A program made the position numbers and the translations under genes. This document shows, one piece after another, positions 55,116 to 64,000 of a stretch of 64,000 nt of DNA. This stretch comes from Lingula anatina (taxonomy: Eukaryota > Animalia > Brachiopoda). The stretch's first letter is position 1; the number at the start of each line of letters is the position of its first letter. The stretch is taken from positions 32,866,401-32,930,400 of the forward strand of contig CM120641.1 of the NCBI GenBank assembly GCA_051362555.1, given 5' to 3'. The notes beneath the pieces were generated by a model. It saw only the letters and a list, made by a program, of their open reading frames with translations, made no database searches and was not told where the DNA came from.

Positions 55116-58100
55116 ATGAGACGACTTGGCAGAGTTACAGGATGGTTTCTAAATGTCACAGGTGCCGAAAATGGAAGTTGCGGCTTAATGAGATCGAATC
55201 TGAGATGCCGAATGTGTTCCACAGGTGCGATTTTTTTTACTGATAATACTAGACGTTTTAACAAAATTGATTGTCAATGTCAGCAGTTTTTTGTCGTCTG
55301 CACATGTTACTGATTTACATGTGCGTTTAAGTCCTAATTATGGTTTCTGATATACATTGGATGTGCAATCGCATGACAAGGCCTCAAAAACTTAAATGAC
55401 GACCAGTTTGAGGATCCACCGTGATGTGGACGCTCTTAAAATTTTATATTATAGATTCAGATAAGTTTTAAAAATACCCTGACAACTGCTAGGTCCCATA
55501 TCTTGATATGTCATTCCGTATGTCATCAACCATACTTTTACTCTAAGGATGCCCAAAAATTGGCACATTTTATGTATACAATAACAAAAATTCTGCCATT
55601 GCTGTTCTCGATTCTAAATTAATTGTAACTGTACATGTGAGTTACTGAAAGACTTCCCTCTTGGTTTCTGGCTGTGTCCAGTATGGGGCCGTAGCGATAG
55701 TCCGAAGGTTCAATAGTCCGAAGGTTCATTGGTCCGAATGTTCACTATAGAACCTTCGGACCAATGAACCCCTGATTAAAAGATCAGTATTTGTTACCAC
55801 TTTTCGGACCAATGAACCTTCGGACCAATGAACCTTCGGACTATCGAGACGCCCCCTCCAGTATGGCAAAGACTGCATTTGATAAGCCTGAATGACACCG
55901 TCTTTCCATGTTGCCGTGCGGTGACAAACTATAGTATGTCATTGGGATGTGACTGCCCTTGCAGTGTGATTCTCATGATGAATACTCACATGAGTAAGCA
56001 TGATATCTATTCTTTAGAACCTCAATTTTCACTTGGGCATGAACCTGGGGAAGTTTAAAGCAGGTCAAGCTATTTTATTCACATTTTACCCAAAAATAAG
56101 TTTAACAATGTCTTGAACAAATGCAAATTTTATTTTTATTGCAAATAAATTAAAGTAGAAATGTCATTCAATATAGAATAATGTCTTTGAACAGTAACAA
56201 GTGAATATTTAATAATAATAGGCAACTACAGTATGAAACTTTTGCATCATAAATGGCAGGTGTTAGTTTCCTAACTTCTTTTTATGTACAGACACAGATG
56301 TGTCTGTACATATAGCCATCATCTGCGTCTGTCGTCGCCGTCGCCGTCGTCGCCGTCGCCGTGCACTTTTACCGATAACACGATAAGTGGAAAACTGTTT
56401 TTTCTTTTGGCTTGAAACTTACGGAACTGATGAATATTCATAATACGCAGGTCAAGTTCGAAAATCAGCATGATCGGCTCACTTATAAGGAATTTATGCT
56501 GTTTTTTCACTTTTTTCAGCATATATGCAGCACCGATAACACGATAAGTGGAAAACCATTTTACCTTTTGGCTTGAAACTTACAGAACTGATGAATATTC
56601 ATAATACGCAGGTCAAGTTCGAAAATCAGCATGATCGGGTCACTTATAGGGAATTTATGCTGTTTTTTCACTTTTTTCAGCATATAAACAGCACCGATAA
56701 CACGATAAGTGGAAAACCATTTTACTTTTTGGCTTGAAACTTACAGATCTGATGAATATTTATAATACGCAGGTCAAGTTCGAAAATCAGCGTGATTGGG
56801 TCATTTTTAGTGAATTTAGGCTATTTTTTCTCTTTTTTCAGCATATATGCAGCACCGATAACACCATAAATGGAAAACCATTTTACCTTTTGGCTTGAAA
56901 CTTACAGAACTGATGAATATTCATAATACGCAGGTAAAGTTCGAAAATCAGCATGATCGGGCCATTTTTAGGGAAGTTATGCTGTTTTTTCACTTCTTTC
57001 AACATATATGCAACGCTAATAACACAATATAAGAAAAACAGATAGGCCAATTGTCATTATACTCACAGGAGTAGTCAAACTAACTAAAACGCAGGTTGAG
57101 TTCCAAAATCAGCATAATCGGGCCATTCTTTTAGAAGTTATGCTGTTTTTTCTTATTTCCTCAGATTCAATTGTTAGGCATGTTAACAGTCTCATTATTG
57201 AACTAATAAGATACGTAAAAGTGTTTGTTTGACATTTCCTGCATCTTAATAACATTGTTAGTTGATTATGTAAAAATGATGGTAAACTTGTTATTGTGTA
57301 TTATGTTATAAAGTGTCAAAAATGGAAATAAACAAATATCATTGCAGTTTGTCAGATTCAATCATCTACTATATTCATTATCTCAGAATGGAGGAAATTG
57401 GACATTTAACACTATTCTATTGATATTTTTCCCATCTCATCAATTTTCTTAGTTGATCATATACAAATGGTAGAAAACTGTTTATTTTTTTTTATGTTAA
57501 AAAAGTGTTTTAAAAATGGAAGTAAACCCATTGCAGAACAGTGCTGTCTTGTTTCAGCATATATGCAGCACCGATAACACGATAAGTGGAAAACCATTTT
57601 ACCTTTTCCCTTGAAACTTACAAAACTGATGAATATTCATAATACGCAGGTCAAGTTCGAAAATCAGCATGATCGGGTCATTTTTTAGGGAAGTTATGCT
57701 GTTTTTCACTTTTTTCACCATATATGCAACACTGATAACATGATAAGTGAAAAATCATTTTACCTTTTGGCTTGAAACTTGCAGAACTGATGAATATTTA
57801 TAATATGCAGGTCAAGTTTGAAAATCAGTATGATTGGGTCATTTTTAGGGAAGTTATGCTGTTTTTCACTTTTTTCATCATATATGCAACACTGATAACA
57901 TGATAAGTGGAAAACCATTTAACCTTTTGGTTTGAAACTTGCAGAACTAATGAATATTCATAATACGCAGGTCGAGTTTGAAAATCAGCATGATCGGGTC
58001 ACTTTTAGGGAAGTAATGCTGTTTTTTCACTTTTTTCAGCATGTATGCAACACCTTTGTGCTATATGATGGTACTGTATGGATAGCAGTCTTTAAAATTG

Positions 58101-60973
58101 TCCCTTGGGTGATCCCTAATTAAATTAAGGTCTATAAAGTCACTTGCCTACTCATTAATTTTCAATTGACCATTAAATGAGATTACATAAAACACTCCTT
58201 GATATTTCCCTGTAAAGTCCCATAGGTTTAGCTCTCTTAACTGTGTCACAAAATTAGGATTTGGTGATAATTGTGCAGATAAATGGTGTTTAACATTGCA
58301 AATAATTTACAACAAAAAGAATGTGTTATGCCAACATGCTATAGATGCATAACAGTGCTTTATTTTTCTCAAACTTGGTGGGGTTATTAATATCAAGTTA
58401 ATACAGCTAGATTAAAAGTTTGAATAGCAGCTTTATTGGAATTTTTTACGTTTTATTTAAAATTTTTTTAAAATTATTTTTCAAACACTAGCATCTTCAA
58501 GATGTGATTTTATACTCCCATCCACCAGAAGTGCTGTGCATTTTCTGTATTTTTATTAAATTTATGCATTTTTGAAATTTTCATTTTTCTCATTCTGGCA
58601 CTTTCTTATTGTAAACTTGAACTCTGATGGGCCTGAAGCCTTATGCTTTTACTTTCATCAGTGTTACCTGTTGTGCATAATTAAAATTTGATGTTGACTG
58701 TGCAGTTAAACATAATGTATTATTGCATCAGAATTGGCAGTCTCCTGTTTTTGTGCATTATTGTTTTCTGCTTTTCTTAAGGTGTGACTTATGGGCCTGA
58801 AGACCTTTGATGACAAATTTGTGTGGTCAGTCTGTAAATTCCCTTTGGGTATTCACTAGGCTAAGTTCAGTGTTATAAACTCATTTGCCTAATTAATTGT
58901 CCATTAAATGAAATTTCGTAAGGCACACTTGTTGATATTTCCCTGTAAACTCCCAAAGGTTAAGCTCTCTGCTAGATAACATAGTGTCCATAATAAGGAA
59001 GCAGGGAATAGCAGCTTCATTGGGATTATATTTCTGTTGTTTTCTTTTAAATTTTTTCTCCAACACTGGCATTTTTAAGATGTGACTTTTAACTCCCATC
59101 CACCTGAGGCTCTGCACATTTTCAGTATTTCCACATTAGCAGTTGTATTGGTATTTATGTCTTTAAACACACTGTAATATTATTTTATGCACTGTCATCA
59201 TTTTTCATATATTGGGACTTTCATCATGTGAATTTTAACTCTCATGGTCCTGAAACTGTAATCTTATTGAAGGGGTGGATTGAGACCATCTTCTGGGTCT
59301 CCTGGAAGACAGTCAGACTTTAAAGTTTATATTAACGGGTTTCTGTTGGAAGACCATCAAAATGGAGGATGGATCAACAAAGATACCTTGGAATACTGTC
59401 AGAAAATATCTCTTGATCTGCTCCTGTTATTGACCATTTTACCTGTTGTGCATGATTAAAAATCAGTGTTGACTGACTGTGCTATTATAAGCATTATTTA
59501 TTATTGCATCAAAATTGACAAAATGACCTATTTTGCATCTTTTTTTTTCTGTTTTTTGTCTGTACATTTGACAGCTTTGCTGCCTTGTTAGTAGTTTATA
59601 CTGTATACTAAATCATTACTATAAAAATTTAGTAGATGTGTATGTAATTTAAAGAAATCTTTAAGAACAAAAATAAGGACTGCTCAGTTGATGGCCTAAA
59701 CCACATCCTCTATGCAGATGACCTTGTCCTGTTATCAACTAGCAAGGAAGGACTGCAAGGCCACTTATTAGCACTTCAAACATATTGCAGAAAATGGAAG
59801 CTTCAGGTAAATGAGAAAAAGTCAAAAGTTGTCATCTTTAACAAACAAGGGAAACTAGACAAGAATATTAACTTTTATATAAATAACAAAATCATAGAAT
59901 CTGGAAGAATTTCACATACTTAGGAATAACCTTCACAAACACAGGGTCTTTAAAAAAAGCAATTGAAAACCTGAAACAAAATGCAATGAAAGCATCTTTT
60001 GCACTGAAAACAGCACTTTCCTCACACCAAATATCTTCTCCCCTACTATACATGAAACTCTTTGATAAAACCATCAAGCCAATCTTACTCTATGGTTGTG
60101 AAGTTTGGGCAGAGGAGCTATTTAAAGATAAGAAAATCTCCCTCCAAAAAATTAATAAAATGCCTTTTGAGCAGCTCCATCTAAAAACGTGTAAGTGGGC
60201 TCTTGGTGTACGGAAATATGCAAGCAACAATGCAAGTAGGGCAGAACTTGGAAGGCTGCCACTCTACACAGATATTGTATTCAGTACCAAATTCATTTCA
60301 AAGAACTTGCTCCAAATAGAATCGTGAAACAAATCTATGAAAGAGAAATCCATTTAAAAGGGCCTAGCTGGTCAAGCTCTCTGAAAACTTTTATAGACCT
60401 CTGGGGACTGTCAACAGATCTAAACACTGTAGACCCAAACTTACTTCAAGTAAATGTTATTAAAAAAATTGAAGAACTTTTTTGGACCGATCTGCACAGT
60501 GACAATAAAAGCAAACTAAGAACTTATAAAGCAATAAAGAAATCCTACACTCCAGAAAATTATCTCACAATGAAAGTCCCTCTAAAAGAAATAAAAACAC
60601 TTGCAAAATTTCGAATCAGTGACCATGACCTAGAAATTGAAAGAGGTCGCTACACAAAACCCAAAAAAACAGTAGAAAACCGAATATGTCCACATTGCAA
60701 TGATGTTGAAACAGAAGTGCATTTCCTACTAAAATGTAATGAGCATGTGAACGAAAGAGAAAAAAATGATAAAAATGATACCGCCGCAAATGTCATCTGA
60801 TTTAGAAAAACTTGCCTGGCTTCTCAATCCTCAAAGTGAACACCCCCTAAAAACCGTGTGTCACTTCATCCAACAAACATTTAAAAAAAGACTAGCCTGT
60901 CAATAATAATGAGCAAGTCTACCACAATACAGAACAATGTAATTGTCATTATGTAATATAGGTATTTTTTATC

Positions 60974-61011
<38 letters not shown>

Positions 61012-63426
61012 TATTTATTTTTATTGTGATAATAGGTCTAGATTGTACTAAATGTATCTATATACAAGTAGTTTAGAGGGCCTGCAAAATGTACTGAAAC
61101 GTTTTAGTGCTCAATAAAATTATTATTATATTATTAAATCAGTTTTTAGTTTGGTGTTGGGCTATCATATCAATTATTATGCAAATTAATGATCATGGAG
61201 AGCAAAGAAATGCTTTACGCCAAGACAACAACATGACACACCTTAATGTAAAGTCCTAAAAATCATTTTTAAGCAACAGAAGCAGAAACCACCCCAAGCA
61301 GAAATATTAAACTGATGAGAGCTAAAAGAGCTAAAATTCGTGTTTTACAGCATCATATTTGTGTGTGTAATATATATGGAAAAATGTATTTGCTTAATTT
61401 TTGCTACCTTTATAAGTTTATAACTTTATTATACTTTATTATATTCAGTGCAAGTGAAAGAAGTGGTGAAAAATGCTACCAGAGACACTAGTAAAGAAGG
61501 AGACAAGTTAAGGAGTGTAATGAGATTAGTACCACAACCAGGTAAGAATTTAAACTCGGCTCAAATGATTTTACAAGATGAACAAATGCTACAGTTAAAT
61601 ATTTGTGAATTGTTAACATGAATATCAACTGGAAAAGAGTCTCACAAAATAAAGTTGATAATTGAAGACTAACTTTTTATTGATATATTAGTTGTGAATA
61701 TGTTATGGAGTTTAACTTGTCACAGCTATTGGCAGAATAATTTTATTTAATTTCTTAAATTTACAGTGGTGGTAGTGACAACAGCAGCGTATGATGATAA
61801 ATCTCACAGCTGGACCAAAAGAGGCTTAACATGCAGCTCTTTCACAAGTACTTCACTAGAACCACCTATAGTGTCAGTCTGTGTCAACAATCCAAGGTAC
61901 AGACAGTGAAGATATTTTAAAACTTCAGTTTTGATTCAATTTTTGATCATTTTGCAAGTTACAAAAGTATGCAATATACAGTTATAAATAATAAGATATT
62001 AGAATAAAAATGCAGTCCAATACATGTGTGAGTTGTACTCCAGATAAGATTTTGTGGCGGGGTTTTTGGGATTTTTTAGGGTTTCATGGTTATGCATCAT
62101 AGCTGTCTGGGAGGCCTGGTACTGTAAGCGAAGTTATGGAACAAAATGTTGGGGATTCATTCTTATAATACATTATGATGACTATATTAATTTGTAATTT
62201 GATGGAAAATAATGTATTTTGATTAACTCTGGGGTTTTATTATTTTTATTTGTGTTTCAGTCGTTTCCACAATACACTACTTCAATCAAATTATTTTGCA
62301 GTAAATGTGTTAGCCAAAAATCAGGTAAGATATTTTTTGTTGTAATAATTTTTATCAGTGAATTTAGATTTGATAAACCATTTGTTTTTGAAATGGCTGT
62401 TGAAGTGGTTGAAGTCAGTGATTGGTCCTCATACAGTATGTGCCAAAAACTCCTTAGCCAACAGGTACTAGCCCTTAATGGGACCAGTTTTTAAGAATTG
62501 ACTGTTCCAATGAAGAAATGATGGTTATAGGAACTGAAAACATTTATGAAATTTTAGCAATGGAACTTTTTCCACACTAGTGTAAACATGACTAAATTCT
62601 AATGTGTGTTTGTATTTGTATGTGTGAAATATAGTATTGATACATGTAAATATCATATTTTAGATCAAGCTAACCATTCATTTTCTGTATGTATGTATGT
62701 ATGTATGTATGTATGTATGTATGTATGTATGTATGTATGTATGTGCATGTGTCAGTCTGTGTGTTTGTATAATAATATTGACATATATTTTATATTTCAG
62801 ATCAAGCTTAGTGTTCATTTTTCAACTCCAGCAAAAGATGGTGTCGACCAGTTTGGAACAGTTATACATGAATCTGGAATCAAGGTATCACACTATACAT
62901 ACTAAGAGAAGATGATAATGCAATTCAATATCAGGATGATCATGTGAAAAAATATTACAGATAATTTGTTCACAAGCAAATTATTTATGAGTTGATGTTC
63001 CTGATTAACATCCCAGAATTTATTATTAATATATCCCAAGCTGATGAATATTTGTTCTCATGTTAATTTCTTTTCTTTTTTTTTTTCGTGTGTGTGTGTG
63101 ATGGTGTGTGTGTGTGTGTGTGTGTGTGTGAGATGGTGAAGTGCACTTTGTGCAAATACATGTGCTGCACAAAGTATATTCCAGGAAACTTAGAGTTTAG
63201 GTTTAGACATGTCTCAGGTTTATTTGTTGTTTTTTAAAATTGTATTTGCTACAGGTACTTTTGTGATCTACTTCTAGGGCACTCCTCTGATAAATGGTGC
63301 ATTGGCAATCCTGCAATGTAAATTGCATTCTGTACATCAGATAGGAGATCACAATGTATTCTATGGAGAACTATTAGAAACCTCTACAAGTACAGAAATA
63401 GGAGAGCCAATGTTATATTACAGAAG
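55116..63426 (+). CDS. Flavin reductase-like protein (HpaC/RutF/DIM6-NTAB family) with probable mitochondrial presequence; last exon not resolved
   Basis: Exons 55116-55224 (less certain), 61449-61541, 61767-61896, 62261-62324, 62801-62884 and 63278-63426 splice in frame. They give LRSVMRLVPQPVVVVTT...RGLTCSSFTSTSLEPPIVSVCV...FAVNVLAKNQ...GTPLINGALAILQC...GDHNVFYGE...PMLYYR. Confidence 0.88.
55686..55856. mobile_element. MITE with ~15-bp subterminal repeats and an 8-10-bp target duplication (Mutator- or hAT-like)
   Basis: cgatagtccgaaggttca... / ...tgaaccttcggactatcg; tccagtatg at 55677-55685 and 55857-55865. Confidence 0.8.
56284..59590 (+). mobile_element. 3.3-kb Helentron-associated element (HINE) carrying satellite arrays
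   Basis: 5' hairpin atgtacagacac/gtgtctgtacat, a (GTCGCC)n microsatellite, 161-bp monomers (56371, 56532, 56693, 56854, then again from ~57570), and a ~740-bp duplicated unit (~58090 and ~58835). The 3' end has subTIR tgtctgtacat at 59557 and hairpin gacagctttgctgcc. Confidence 0.85.
59680..61135 (+). mobile_element. 5'-truncated, frameshifted CR1-group (L2/Crack/Daphne-like) LINE
   Basis: LNHILYADDLVLLS, YLGI, PILLYGCEVW, RAELGRLPL, FRISDHDLEIERGRY and C-terminal CPHC..ETEVHFLLKC; AATAAA plus an (ATT)n tail. Confidence 0.9.
62686..62743. repeat. (ATGT)n microsatellite
   Basis: Read directly from the sequence. Confidence 0.95.
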
Positions 63427-64000
63427 GTATCAAATGTATTTATTTTGTAACATTTTGTTCCAATGAATGAAATGCACATACAGTTTAAATGGTGAGACCA
63501 CTATTACACAATGTTAATTTATGTTTTATGTGTTTTTTTAAGAAATAGATGTTATTTGAAAGTAAAAACAACATGTTAAAGGCATGTAATTTAATTTCAG
63601 AAGTAGTTTTTTTTGTAATATTAATGATAATGATACTTTTAAGTATTAAAATGCATTTCTGTTTTGTTGTGTTTGGTAATTTTTTTGACTCCAATAGACC
63701 AATCATAAGTCTCAATTCAGTTTTGGCAGCAATGTGGAGCACACACAGAGCCTGGGTCCATGGCATAATGTATAATTTGAAGTGTGAACTTTTTTATAAT
63801 TAAAGGACAAGCATTTCTCTGTTTTTTTTTTTTTTTTTTTTACTTACCCTCTCTCACCATATTAAGGAAATTATAACTTTAGATCTTCTCCTGCAATTTA
63901 CATATGATGTAACATTTTTATTTGATCTGTATTGGGGACTGTCAATGGTGCATTATATATATATATATGCCATATTACAAACTGTGCAGTGAATAGTTGG

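Noticed and set aside
56371-58050. gtcaagttcgaaaat in the 161-bp monomers as tRNA genes or B-boxes
   Set aside because: No cloverleaf or properly spaced A-box; the motif is part of the satellite monomer.
55116-63426. Flavin reductase as bacterial contamination or recent HGT
   Set aside because: It has at least five canonical introns, host-like composition and host transposons in its introns.
63883-63950. Candidate last exon of the flavin reductase gene
   Set aside because: An AG is present, but the translation (SSPAIYI-stop) does not resemble the family C-terminus; the true exon may lie outside the window.

Overview
AT-rich, intron-rich animal genomic DNA; a lophotrochozoan/mollusc-like invertebrate is inferred from the repeat types and gene style. 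Most short ORFs in the supplied track are exon fragments or noise, and all gene models below were spliced by eye from GT/AG signals and reading frame. Genes: (1) the 3' end of a gene built from single-LDL-receptor-class-A exons that ends without a transmembrane segment (1-5506, +); (2) a 3-exon, ~504-aa low-complexity orphan gene (16430-18392, -); (3) a decayed VPS4-like AAA ATPase fragment (19137-19540, -); (4) a complete neurobeachin-like NBEAL1/2 gene with ~57 coding exons (20520-51819, +); (5) mitochondrial rRNA methyltransferase MRM2 (53213-54838, -); (6) head-to-head with it, an HpaC/RutF-type flavin reductase gene with a probable mitochondrial presequence (55116 to >63426, +). There are many MITEs, two Helentron-type (HINE) elements and LINE fragments. 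The most unusual signals are a tandem array of complete acceptor-microexon-donor units behind a Helentron-like head (11.0-12.5 kb), a chain of 78-bp exon-end duplications in NBEAL forming back-to-back GT...AG units, and a recurrent duplication of splice donors into several NBEAL introns.
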